NCBI GenBank assembly: GCA_963837465.1
Contig: CAWINB010000004.1
Location: 724,393 to 788,392, forward strand
DNA from: Candidatus Doudnabacteria bacterium
GTDB lineage: Bacteria > Patescibacteriota > Doudnabacteria > UBA920
Direction: 5' to 3'
Length of the DNA: 64,000 nucleotides
The notes under the pieces were generated by a model that was given only the letters and a program-made list of their open reading frames with translations, made no database searches and was not told the DNA's origin. Positions 19,546 through 28,927 of this stretch are shown here, piece by piece (positions within the stretch are counted from its first letter, which is position 1; every line of letters begins with the position of its first letter). The translations under genes were made by a program, and so were the position numbers.

Positions 19546-19800
19546 CTATTTTATCAAAAACAGGTTCAATCCAAAGATTTTTTGTGCAGCCGATTTTTTG
19601 GGGTGCAGCTCTGCGCTTTGCGTGATTGCGCCCAGTTTTTCTGCGTCTTTTATGAAGTTTTTGACCGGTTCAATCCAAGTTCCCTGGCTCCGCTCCAAAC
19701 GGGCGACTTGCTCGGTCAAAGTCTTCTTTTCCAAGGTCAACTTGTTCTTCTCCTGCCGGTACTGTTCTGGCTCAATATCTTCGGCCAGATAGGGTAACAT
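19546..19800 (-). pseudogene. diverged 3' fragment of a second large serine recombinase gene, in the same orientation as rec1
   Basis: LTLEKKTLTEQVARLERSQGTWIEPVKNFIKDAEKLGAITQSAELHPKKS aligns with rec1 residues about 395-450. It ends prematurely. Confidence 0.6.
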
Positions 19801-19909
19801 TTTATGGGGGTCAACCGAAGCAGGGGTAGTAACAAATTAGGCTGGTCAATTCGTAAATTTTGTAATTGTTCAAAAAAGGTGGTAAAATAAAGGTAAATTT
19901 TAACAAAAT

Positions 19910-20197
19910 ATGGCATTATCCTGGAATGAGATTAAAACCAGAGCGGTAGAGTTTTCCAAAGAGTGGGAAAATGAAACCAGTGAAGACGCCGAGGCCAAAA
20001 GTTTTTGGGACGGCTTTTTTAATGTCTTTGGCATGACCCGCAAACGTCTGGCCAGCTTTGAATTTGAAGTCAAAAAGCGCGGCGGCAACAGCGGCTTTAT
20101 AGATCTATTTTGGCCAGGCACTTTGATTGTTGAACATAAGTCCCGAGGCAAGAACTTAGAAAAGGCTTACGCTCGATTCCCAGCAGCATTTACCTGA
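19910..20197 (+). pseudogene. N-terminal fragment (95 aa) of an MmeI/PglX-type N6-adenine methyltransferase-restriction protein
   Basis: SWNEIKTRAVEFSKEWENETSEDAEAKSFWDGFFNVFG...IDLFWPGTLIVEHKSRGK is the conserved N-terminal domain of MmeI-like/BREX PglX proteins. The ORF stops after 95 aa. Confidence 0.6.
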
Positions 20198-20466
20198 AGA
20201 AAGCTTTGCCAGTGATTATTTATTAGGGCAATTGGCAGGCGTATCTGGAACTTTAAGCTCTGTAACGGCCTCAGGTTATGCAGAAGTAAAATATAGCAAA
20301 TCGGACTGGAGTCCTCCGCAAAATTTTATCTAAATATAGCCTATGACATATTAAAAACCCGCCGGGTTCGCGTGGTCTGTAAAGACTAGAGGCGCAGCGG
20401 GTGTTGATAGTTGAATTATACACTATTTTAACAAAAAGCAACACTGTGTGGATAAGTTAACATAAA

Positions 20467-20634
20467 ATGCTAGAAAATAAGGAAAAATACAATAAACCCC
20501 CATTATCTATTAAGGAACAGATAGAGCTTTTAAAGAGCCGCGGTTGGTTCAATACCTCGCGGCTTGCCGCGATATTGCAAAAAAACCCGGGCATTAATAC
20601 CCCGCTGCTTGCGGCGGGGAACCTTTATTTTTAA
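20467..20634 (+). pseudogene. N-terminal fragment (55 aa) of an Abi_2 (AbiD/AbiF-like) abortive-infection protein
   Basis: MLENKEKYNKPPLSIKEQIELLKSRGWF matches the Abi_2 N-terminus. Confidence 0.45.
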
Positions 20635-20755
20635 AAAGTTAGGCGAGCTTTCGGGGCGGAGTAGAAAATTAGAGGGGATTTATAGGCGGAAGCTGGAGCT
20701 TTTGGAGGAGCTGAAGAAATCGGTTTTGCAGAAGGCTTTTAGGGGAGAGCTGTAA
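20564..20755 (+). pseudogene. C-terminal remnant of a type I R-M specificity subunit (HsdS)
   Basis: Only the last approximately 22 aa (LELLEELKKSVLQKAFRGEL) are recognisable as the conserved HsdS C-terminal helix. Confidence 0.45.
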
Positions 20756-20767
20756 GTCATTAGTACT

Positions 20768-20809
20768 GGATCCCGGATATTTTTAACAGCCCTTAAAAAT
20801 TCCGGGATG
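20768..20809. repeat. family C palindromic element, inverted copy
   Basis: ggatcccggatatttttaacagcccttaaaaattccgggatg matches the reverse complement of 8641-8680. Confidence 0.65.
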
Positions 20810-20900
20810 ACAGCACTGGCCCAGGCTTTGGACAGGTTATTGCCAATGTGTCCAAAATTTAAGGTTTTTTGGACAAATGGGCCTTAATTTAAAGGGTTCT

Positions 20901-20940
20901 TTGACAAGATGTATACAAACTAGTATACTTTGTATACATC
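20901..20940 (+). promoter_or_regulatory. Fic promoter (ttgaca - 17 bp - tatact) embedded in a 33-bp palindrome gatgtatacaaa-ctagtatac-tttgtatacatc
   Basis: Seen directly. The arms are perfect 12-mers. This is the classic autoregulated promoter/operator arrangement. Confidence 0.6.
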
Positions 20941-20962
20941 TTTAAAAAGATAGATACAAAGT

Positions 20963-22108
20963 ATGAAGAAGCAAGAAATTGGTGTTTATATAAAACAGAC
21001 CGAAGGCTTTAAGGCTTTTGTCCCTTATCCTTTTCCACCAAACGGCGGCTTTGACTTTGGCCATGAGATATTAAAGAAAAATGACCAGGCAAGCAGGTTA
21101 CTGGGAAAACTGGATGGCATTACCAAGTTGTTGCCGGATTCAGACTTCTTTTTGCTTATGTATTTAAGAAAGGATGCCGCTTCTTCCAGCCAGATTGAAG
21201 GAACCAGGGCTACCATGATAAATGCCATAGAAGCGGAAGCTAAAGTAAGCGGCAACGTGCCCGCGGACGTAGACGACATTTTGCATTATATAAAAGCCCT
21301 AAACTACGGCATGAAACGGGTGGTTGCGGATGAGTTTCCTGTGTCACTTCGCTTTTTAAGAGAGCTGCATAAAAAACTCATGGACCAAGCCAGGGCAACT
21401 CATTTTTCCGACCCCGGAGAATTCCGCAAAACACAAAATTGGATTGGCGGGAATAAACCAGGCAACGCCAGTTTTGTCCCTCCGCCCGTTTCAGAAATGC
21501 ATCGCGCGTTAAATGACTTGGAAAAATTTATGCATTCGCGGGACGCCACCCTGACGCTAATTAAAGCCGCTCTGCTTCACGCGCAATTTGAAACTATCCA
21601 CCCGTTTTTGGACGGTAATGGCCGCACCGGAAGGATGCTGATAACTTTTTACTTGTGGAAAGAAGGTTTTCTGGAAAAACCCGTTTTGTTCTTGTCTTCC
21701 TACTTCAAAAAATTTCAACAGGTTTATTATCAAAAATTGTTTGGCTACCACCATGGTGAAGTTGAGTTTTGGGTTGATTTTTTTCTGGACGGAGTTATTG
21801 AAATTGCCAACGAAGCCATAGACATTGTAGGAAAAATTACCACTCTCAGAGAACAAGACATGCAAAAAATACAAAAGCTGGGAACTCGCGCCTCGGAAAG
21901 CGCTGCCTCTATTTTACCTAAATTGTACGGACAGCCAATTGTTAATAACGCGTTAGTACAAAAATGGACCGGCTTTACCCGGGCAGGCGCTCAAAGAGTG
22001 ATAGATAGATTTATTAAAATGCGGATTCTTTTGCCTAAAGACCAGGACATAAAATACGGGCAATCTTACGCTTATACAAAATATATTGCCATTTTTGGGA
22101 ATAAGTAG
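20963..22108 (+). CDS. Fic/DOC-family adenylyltransferase (Fic_N + Fic domains)
   Basis: The Fic motif HPFLDGNGRTGRML is present. Confidence 0.85.
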   Translation: MKKQEIGVYIKQTEGFKAFVPYPFPPNGGFDFGHEILKKNDQASRLLGKLDGITKLLPDSDFFLLMYLRKDAASSSQIEGTRATMINAIEAEAKVSGNVPADVDDILHYIKALNYGMKRVVADEFPVSLRFLRELHKKLMDQARATHFSDPGEFRKTQNWIGGNKPGNASFVPPPVSEMHRALNDLEKFMHSRDATLTLIKAALLHAQFETIHPFLDGNGRTGRMLITFYLWKEGFLEKPVLFLSSYFKKFQQVYYQKLFGYHHGEVEFWVDFFLDGVIEIANEAIDIVGKITTLREQDMQKIQKLGTRASESAASILPKLYGQPIVNNALVQKWTGFTRAGAQRVIDRFIKMRILLPKDQDIKYGQSYAYTKYIAIFGNK

Positions 22109-22115
22109 AATTACC

Positions 22116-22442
22116 ATGAACGAAGCCGAAACAAGAGCTGAATATGTTGACCCAAAACTAAAGGCGGGCGGCTGGGGCGAGACCGAAGGATCAAAAGTCC
22201 TGCGGGAATTTCGTATTACCGAAGGGCGTATCCAAGTCGGCGGGGAGCGCGCCAAACCGGAAATTGCCGATTATATTTTGGTTTATAAAAACCAAAAGCT
22301 CGCGGTTATCGAAGCAAAAAAAGAAGACCTTTTGCCAACCGAAGGCGTAGCCCAGGCCATAGCCAGAAATTGTTCCCAGCAGGAGAAGTTTTTAACCCGA
22401 TACTCGCCCCTGTACCTGGCAACACATTTATTGAATTTGTAA
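22116..22442 (+). pseudogene. N-terminal fragment (about 108 aa) of a type I/III restriction endonuclease R subunit
   Basis: MNEAETRAEYVDPKLKAGGWGE...ADYILVYKNQKLAVIEAKK is the conserved HsdR/Res N-terminal nuclease-domain start. The ORF terminates early. Confidence 0.55.
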
Positions 22443-22620
22443 CGAACTACTTGTTCCATAATCTGTGAAAAAACATACTTTCCTTGGTTCATAAAGATAA
22501 TCAAAGGTTAATTCCCTTAATTATCCCATAGCCCAAATTCAAATCGAAAAATATGTTTTTGTCAGATTACGGCTCAATTAAAATCATTTTAAACTTTTAT
22601 TAAAAATTAACCGGACACGA

Positions 22621-22875
22621 GTGATGCGACGGTATCAGTTTACACCAGAGCAAATAAGTCAATATTTTGCTTCAATGGATAGTATCTACACTCAAACCGG
22701 TTTGCCAAAGGTAACCGATTTTACGGAGGATTTTATTTGGGCAAAAAGCGTATGGTCAACAACCAGAATGCAGAGGTATCCAAAATTGCAACAGTGGCGG
22801 TATGATAAATTCAAAAGAATGACTGGTGAATATTTGAACGATAAGTCATTAATAAAAATGGCCTTAGAATTTTAA
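22621..22875 (+). CDS. hypothetical protein
   Basis: 84-aa ORF with no recognisable family. Confidence 0.3.
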   Translation: MMRRYQFTPEQISQYFASMDSIYTQTGLPKVTDFTEDFIWAKSVWSTTRMQRYPKLQQWRYDKFKRMTGEYLNDKSLIKMALEF

Positions 22876-22880
22876 TACTT

Positions 22881-22975
22881 TTTAATTTCTTTTTTGCCTC
22901 CGCGCCCCGCGCCCCCAAAAAATCCTTCGCACTGAAAATTTCCGCGTTGAACCCTTTGCTAAAAAGGGCTGTTGA
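22881..22975. repeat. third, degenerate copy of the recombinase-tail/att-like segment, in the same orientation as IR-R
   Basis: ccccaaaaaatccttcgcactgaaaatttccgcgttgaaccctttgctaaaaa aligns with 19371-19430. The upstream GC-rich run is also shared. Confidence 0.6.
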
Positions 22976-23039
22976 GTTATCCACTTGACGATTTATTTGA
23001 ATGTACGTTATTATGTACGTATCATTAATAATAAAATAT

Positions 23040-23237
23040 ATGCCAAAAATACAAAAGTTTCGGGTGGATATTTGGTTCAATGAGCTTCCCAATAAAATTA
23101 AACTGGGGAGCGTGCGTATTTACGCGGACACCGAGGATATAGCTTTGGGGCTTGCGCGCGCCCATACCGACTACCAGGTCAGCGGGGTGGATGAAACCAT
23201 CTGGCAGGTTAAGGAGCGACAGGTCGTTTACGCTTGA
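23040..23237 (+). CDS. small hypothetical protein, paralogue of 38192..38413
   Basis: Shared pattern F+VxIWF..P.KI.LG...EE.A..LARAHT.Y..SG.D..W...ER. Confidence 0.5.
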   Translation: MPKIQKFRVDIWFNELPNKIKLGSVRIYADTEDIALGLARAHTDYQVSGVDETIWQVKERQVVYA

Positions 23238-23359
23238 CAAGGAACTTGTTTGATTACAGATCCCTCGGCAAGCTCGGGACGGCATGAATGCCGTTTTTGT
23301 CATTTTTTCCGCGCGAGGCGTATCTGCCTACGGCATAATAATTTTCTGTCATTTCTATC

Positions 23360-23722
23360 ATGAATTCCAAAACCACACTATCAATTTCCGAAGCCAGAAA
23401 AAGGATTTTTGAAATCGCGGAAGAAGTCCAAAGACCTGGCGTTTATTATACTTTAACCGATAAGGGCAGGCCCAAAGCGGTAATGGTATCTTTTGACGAA
23501 TACGAATCTTTAATGGAGACTATTGAAGTAACGGGGGAAATGCCTGAACTGGATAAAGATATTAAAGAAGCGCGCGAGGCTTACAAGAGCGGCGAATATA
23601 AAACCTGGACTACTTTGGAAGGTTTGTTAGCCAAGCAAGGTTTTGTTTTGGCGGAAAAAGCAAAAAAACAATATGGCGTTTCTTCTAAGGCTCAATCCAA
23701 ACGCAGAAAAACAATTAAATAA
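23360..23722 (+). CDS. Phd/YefM-family antitoxin
   Basis: N-terminal LSISEARKRIFEIAEEV...KAVMVSFDEYESLMETIE. Confidence 0.75.
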   Translation: MNSKTTLSISEARKRIFEIAEEVQRPGVYYTLTDKGRPKAVMVSFDEYESLMETIEVTGEMPELDKDIKEAREAYKSGEYKTWTTLEGLLAKQGFVLAEKAKKQYGVSSKAQSKRRKTIK

Positions 23723-23927
23723 AATTCCAAATCCTTACAAAGACCGGATTACTGTTACTTTATCCGTAATTGCTGGCAACCCTTGGTTGGGGAAGAAACT
23801 AAAAGGCAAATTTCAAGGTTCTTATTCAGTTAAGGTTTGGCCTTACCGGATTATTTATGATATTTACAAAAATGATTTACTGGTTTTGATAATCAAAATA
23901 AAGCATCGCGGCAATGCTTATGATTAA
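23673..23927 (+). CDS. RelE/ParE-family toxin
   Basis: YRIIYDIYKNDLLVLIIKIKHR C-terminal signature. It overlaps the antitoxin 3' end. Confidence 0.7.
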   Translation: MAFLLRLNPNAEKQLNKIPNPYKDRITVTLSVIAGNPWLGKKLKGKFQGSYSVKVWPYRIIYDIYKNDLLVLIIKIKHRGNAYD

Positions 23928-23936
23928 GGTCCGGCG

Positions 23937-24182
23937 CTAATCACTTATTTTTTTCAGCTCGCTTTGGGTTTTGGCGTGGGCCAGGGCTACCGCAGGGTCC
24001 TTGTGGATGGCGTGGTAGTAATTTTTTTCAAAAGCGCTGCCGTCAGCTTTAGGTTTGAGCAGTTGTTCGCGGTAGGCCAGCATATTGGCGTATTTTTGCG
24101 GACCAGCTTCCTGTTTGCTGTCTAAAAGCTCGTCTATCCCCACCACCAATTCCGAAATTTGCCTCAGCCACGCTGTTGTCAA
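23937..24182 (-). CDS. hypothetical protein
   Basis: 81-aa ORF with no family. Confidence 0.3.
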   Translation of the reverse strand: MTTAWLRQISELVVGIDELLDSKQEAGPQKYANMLAYREQLLKPKADGSAFEKNYYHAIHKDPAVALAHAKTQSELKKISD

Positions 24183-24216
24183 AAATATCCCATTGGGCTA
24201 AAATAAGCTTACTTTT

Positions 24217-25814
24217 ATGCTCAATGAGACCAGGGTTAATTTAAAGCATCTGCTGGAAGACATTCGCGACGCCTATACTTCTCCCCTGGAAGAGGTTATT
24301 TTAACCGAATTGGCTGCCAATGCATTGGACAGCAAGGCTAAGGTTTTACATTTCACGGTGGACGCGGAGCGTAAGTTTTTGCGCTGCGTGGACGACGGCA
24401 ACGGCATGAAGCGGGAGCAACTGAAGAATTACCATAATATCGCGGCTTCCACCAAAACGCGCGGACAGGGCATTGGTTTTGCCGGCGTAGGCGCCAAACT
24501 TTCTTTATTGATTGCCGATAAGGTTGTAACGGAAAGCAAGGGAGGACACGGGACCAAGTCCGCCACGGAATGGCAATTGACCCAAACCTACCGCGCGCCA
24601 TGGAAATTTGTTCCTTATTCCGGGACCGTGCAAACCCCCCGCGGCACTTCCGTTACCATCCATTTTACGGACAGCCGGTCGCGCCTGCTCAGTGAAGATT
24701 TCGTGGAGCAAGCTATTATCCGCCATTTTTATCCGCTGCTTTCCGAACAGTTTTACAATCAGTTTTTAAAATATTTTTATAAAGTTCCCGTCAGTTTTGT
24801 TATTAATGGTCGGCATATTGTTTTGCCGGAAGCCGGGCAGGAAGCGCTGCAACATTGGTTTAAGGTATCGTTGGGAAAAACACGGGCTGCCGCCGGAGTC
24901 GGCTTTTTGGTGCGCGCGGGGATGGGCCAGGCTGGCTGCGGAAGATGCTGGGCAAAAGCGCTGCTGTTTCTTCGCTTTCATCAGGCCTGTGGATTTCCAC
25001 TTTCGGCAAGGTTATTAAAGGCGGTTGGGAGTGGCTGGGTCTTATGCCCAAAAATGCCGCGCAAATTTCCGGCCTGGTGGAAATTCCGGGTATGTCGGAA
25101 ATTTTGACTACCAACAAAAATGATTTTTTAAGCGATGCCAACAGCCTGAAAAAATACTACAAATTCCGCAAGGCCGCGCAGGAGGCGGTGCTGCCGATAC
25201 TGCAGGACATGGGAGAGACGGCTTCTCCCGCCGATATCGCCCCGGAAAAAATTTTGCGTCCTCTTAGCCAGTCTATTACCGGGGCGTTAACGAGCTTGGT
25301 CGGCGATTTTCCCGAGCTGGAAACGTTAATCGGCCAACACCGGACGGAAGCTTTGGGCAGTCCGAGAAAAGAAAAAGATGATAAAAAAATTACGGTTGCC
25401 GAACCCCCGGCGGATTACGGCGGAGATGGGGCCGGGCAGGATTCCGGGAACAGGCCCGATGCCGATCCGGAAGGGGAAAAGTCCGCTCCAACCCCGGCCG
25501 GCATTGCCGATGACTCCAAATCCAAAACAGTCAGGACAAAAACCGCCGGCTTAAAATTGGTGCTGGGGGAAATTGACAACGAAAACGGCGCAATTCTGGG
25601 CCGCGTTATGGAGGATACCCTGACGGTAAACACCGCGCATCCTGCCTGGAAAAAAGCAAAACAAAAAGGCTTGGAAGAATACCATATAGTAATTACGGTA
25701 GCGTCGGTCCTTTCCCAGTTTTTGGAAAGCGAAAAGAACCCGCGGGACTTCTTAAACCGCCTGCTCATAGCGTGGGCAGCTGAAAGTGAAAAAATGGCGG
25801 GAAAATTATTTTAA
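24217..25814 (+). pseudogene. GHKL (HATPase_c, MORC/MutL-like) ATPase, about 530 aa, split by a frameshift near 24900-24945
   Basis: Bergerat-fold motifs ELAANALD (N-box), DDGNGM and GQGIGFAGVGAKLS are present. The reading frame changes from the 24217 frame to the 24945 frame. The tail of frame 1 is nonsense-like. Confidence 0.6.
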
Positions 25815-26238
25815 TATGCCGTTTATTTCTTTTTTAAAATTTTATAATGACCTGGGCCTGAAAGAGATGCGCAGTTTCGCCGTTCCCAGCGGCGCTTTTG
25901 GGGTGCCCATCGGAGAGTACGATCTATTGGAAAATTATTGCGATGAAAGGGGATGCGATTGCCGCAAAGTTATGGTAAATATCATCTCGGTAGAAAACGA
26001 CTCGGTGAAAATTTGGGCCACAATCCATTTTGGCTGGGAAAATCCGTCTTATTATCACGAATACTTTTCAAAAGACATTGCTATTGCCCAAAAAATGTCC
26101 GGTTCGTATCTGGAGCCGCTTGGCGAGCAATCCAAACACGCGCCGCGATTTTTGGGAATCTGGGCGCAAATAATACGAGACGAAAATTATGTGGAACGTT
26201 TGAAAAGACATTATAAACTGTTTAAGGAAAAAATTTAA
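25786..26238 (+). CDS. hypothetical protein
   Basis: 150-aa ORF (possible start MPFISFL at 25816) with no family. Confidence 0.35.
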   Translation: MKKWRENYFNMPFISFLKFYNDLGLKEMRSFAVPSGAFGVPIGEYDLLENYCDERGCDCRKVMVNIISVENDSVKIWATIHFGWENPSYYHEYFSKDIAIAQKMSGSYLEPLGEQSKHAPRFLGIWAQIIRDENYVERLKRHYKLFKEKI

Positions 26239-26263
26239 GCGACCCAATTAAATTTATACATTT

Positions 26264-26473
26264 ATGCTCAAAAATAAAAAAATAAAAGTCAGCGGCAAAA
26301 GCAAAGACATAATAATCCCGGCGCGTATAGCCGACGAGTCCGAATGGGCGAAACTCCTGAAACAAAAACAAGACCCAAAAAAATCCGCCTCCCCAAAAAC
26401 CCCGGTAAAAGGCTTCAAGCTCAGCGACGGCAGGCAGGTTACGCATAACTTACGGAGAAGGATGGGGAGATAG
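26264..26473 (+). CDS. small basic hypothetical protein
   Basis: 69 aa, Lys-rich. Confidence 0.3.
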   Translation: MLKNKKIKVSGKSKDIIIPARIADESEWAKLLKQKQDPKKSASPKTPVKGFKLSDGRQVTHNLRRRMGR

Positions 26474-26522
26474 CATAAAAGATAAAAAAGTAGTAAAATA
26501 AGCCTAAGAAAGGCTTATTTTT

Positions 26523-28064
26523 ATGGCTACAAAAACTAAAAATGGTACATCGGCAAACATAGGTTTTGAAGAAAAGCTTTGGGCCACAGCGGATAAAATG
26601 CGCAACAATATGGACCCGGCCGAATATAAGCACGTTATTCTGGGGCTTATATTTTTAAAGTATATTTCCGACTCTTTTGAAGAACTCTATCAAAAGTTAA
26701 AAACTGATTCTGAATCCGATCCGGAAGATAAAGACGAGTATTTGGCGGAAAACGTTTTTTGGGTGCCGCAGGAGGCACGCTGGAACTATTTACAGGATAA
26801 CGCCAAAAAGCCCGGTATCGGCACTTTGGTAGATGGGGCTATGGTCGCCATTGAAAAAGAAAACCCCACGCTTCGGGGCGTGCTGCCAAAAATTTACGCG
26901 CGCCCGGACCTGGACAAAACCAGGCTCGGTGAAATAATAGATTTAATGAGTTCCCTTGGCCTGGGGGATAACGAAAGTAAGGCTAAGGATTTGTTGGGCC
27001 GGGTATATGAATATTTCATCGGCCGCTTTGCCAGCGCCGAGGGTAAGGGTGGCGGAGAATTTTTTACTCCGCGGTCTGTTGTAAAATTACTGGTGGGAAT
27101 GATTGAGCCTTATAAAGGCAGAATTTATGATCCCTGCTGCGGCAGTGGTGGTATGTTTGTGCAGAGCGAGAAATTTGTGGAAGCGAACGACGGCCGCAAA
27201 GGGGATATTGCGGTGTACGGACAGGAGTTAAATCCTACTACCTGGCGCTTGTGTAAAATGAACCTGGCTATTCGCGGTATAGAAGGAAATATCGGGTCGC
27301 AGCATGCCGATTCGTTCCATAATGACCAGCACAAAGACTTAAAAGCGGATTTTATCTTGGCCAATCCGCCATTTAATATCAGCGATTGGGGAGGGGAGCG
27401 CTTGCGCGATGATGTCCGCTGGCAATACGGCGTGCCGCCAACCGGTAACGCCAACTATGCCTGGATTCAGCATATGGTTTACCATCTTGCTCCAACCGGT
27501 ATAGCCGGTTTTGTTATGGCTAATGGCAGTCTTTCTTCCAATACTTCCGGCGAAGGTGAAATTAGAAAAAATTTAATAGAAAAAGGTTTGGTCGATTGTA
27601 TTGTAGCCATGCCCAGCCAACTTTTTTATACCACACAAATTCCGGCCTGTTTGTGGTTTGTGTCCCGCGACCGTTACGATCACAAATTCCGCAACCGCCA
27701 CGACGAAATACTGTTTATAGACGCCCGTAAAATGGGCGCTATGGTTAGCCGCAAAAACCGCGAATTTGCCGCGGAAGATTTAAACAAAATCACCGGTACC
27801 TACCACAACTGGCGCAACGTCAACGGTAAATACCAGGACGTAAAAGGCTTCTGCAAAGCCGCCAAAATTACGGAAGTGGAAAAAGCCGGCTTCGTCCTAA
27901 CCCCCGGCCGCTATGTTGGCTCGGAAATTGTGGAAGAAGACGATGAAGTCTTTGGAGAAAAAATGAAGCGATTGACCACGGAACTATCAAGCCAATTTAA
28001 GGAATCTAAAGAGCTGGAAGAAAGAATAAAGAAAAATTTGGATTCAATAGGGTTTAAAATATAA
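26523..28064 (+). CDS. hsdM: type I restriction-modification system methyltransferase subunit
   Basis: HsdM N-terminal domain, the motif [13 protein letters not shown], and the FxGxG AdoMet region. Confidence 0.9.
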   Translation: MATKTKNGTSANIGFEEKLWATADKMRNNMDPAEYKHVILGLIFLKYISDSFEELYQKLKTDSESDPEDKDEYLAENVFWVPQEARWNYLQDNAKKPGIGTLVDGAMVAIEKENPTLRGVLPKIYARPDLDKTRLGEIIDLMSSLGLGDNESKAKDLLGRVYEYFIGRFASAEGKGGGEFFTPRSVVKLLVGMIEPYKGRIYDPCCGSGGMFVQSEKFVEANDGRKGDIAVYGQELNPTTWRLCKMNLAIRGIEGNIGSQHADSFHNDQHKDLKADFILANPPFNISDWGGERLRDDVRWQYGVPPTGNANYAWIQHMVYHLAPTGIAGFVMANGSLSSNTSGEGEIRKNLIEKGLVDCIVAMPSQLFYTTQIPACLWFVSRDRYDHKFRNRHDEILFIDARKMGAMVSRKNREFAAEDLNKITGTYHNWRNVNGKYQDVKGFCKAAKITEVEKAGFVLTPGRYVGSEIVEEDDEVFGEKMKRLTTELSSQFKESKELEERIKKNLDSIGFKI

Positions 28065-28071
28065 ATAGCAT

Positions 28072-28713
28072 ATGTTGATATTTATTGACGAATCCGGGGA
28101 TCCTGGGTTAAAACTTGGTGAAGGTTCAAGTAAATATTTTACTGTGGCTTTAGTAGTGTTTGAGGAAAATGATGAAGCGCTTGCTTGCGACCAAAAGATT
28201 GAATTGTTCAAGCGAGAATTGGGATGGAAGCCAAAAAGCGAATTTCATTTTAAAAATAACTCAGACAGAGTCCGCAAAGGCTTTTTGCAGGCAGTCGCGC
28301 CGTACAATTTTTTTTATTATGGAATTGTTTTAAACAAAGACCCTAAAAAGTTATGGGGCGAAGGATTTAAGGACAAGCAATCCTTTTACAAATACGCTTG
28401 CGGCCTGGTTTTTGAAAATGCAAAACCCAAACTTACAGAAGCAACAGTTATTATTGATGCCAGCGGCAGTTTGGATTTTAAAAATCAGCTGACTAAATAC
28501 CTGCGCCGCAAATTTAATGAGCAAGGAAATTCAGGTTCTAAAATAATCAAAAATGTAAAGATGCAACGCTCGGAAAGTAATAATTTATTGCAGCTGGCGG
28601 ATTATATTGCAGGCGTAATTAACCGCTCAATCAATAACACTAAAAAATACTCCGGCGATTACAGAAAGCTTATAGCTCACAGGGAGATAAGGGTACAAAT
28701 TTGGCCAAATTAA
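28072..28713 (+). CDS. DUF3800-family protein embedded between hsdM and hsdS
   Basis: N-terminal IFIDESGD and C-terminal LLQLADYIAG signatures. It starts 8 bp after the hsdM stop. Confidence 0.6.
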   Translation: MLIFIDESGDPGLKLGEGSSKYFTVALVVFEENDEALACDQKIELFKRELGWKPKSEFHFKNNSDRVRKGFLQAVAPYNFFYYGIVLNKDPKKLWGEGFKDKQSFYKYACGLVFENAKPKLTEATVIIDASGSLDFKNQLTKYLRRKFNEQGNSGSKIIKNVKMQRSESNNLLQLADYIAGVINRSINNTKKYSGDYRKLIAHREIRVQIWPN

Positions 28714-28886
28714 AACTTCCGACCCTATCCCTTGCGGGAACGCGGCGATAAACGCCACAGTTCAGATCGGAAGCGATTCCATTGTTATTATATCTGACTA
28801 TTAACCTTTGTCAAGAACTGTTAAGACTTGTTAAGCAATTATTCCCTTAATAACAAAAAAAGCCTATAATTAAGGCACTATAATTA

Positions 28887-28914
28887 CCGCAAAATGCCTA
28901 AAGGCATTTTGCGG
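28887..28914. promoter_or_regulatory. perfect 12-bp-stem hairpin ccgcaaaatgcc-taaa-ggcattttgcgg in the hsdM-DUF3800 / downstream-operon spacer
   Basis: Seen directly. It is preceded by tataat-like boxes (cctataattaagg, cactataatta). Confidence 0.45.
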
Positions 28915-28927
28915 TCAAAAACCAGTT

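Noticed and set aside
19394-19792. 132-aa plus-strand ORF beginning MKISGSNPLLKNGRIEF
   Set aside because: Its N-terminal 45 aa are simply the IR-R copy of the recombinase tail read in-frame. The remainder is an out-of-frame read-through of the diverged recombinase fragment on the other strand, so it is not an independent gene.
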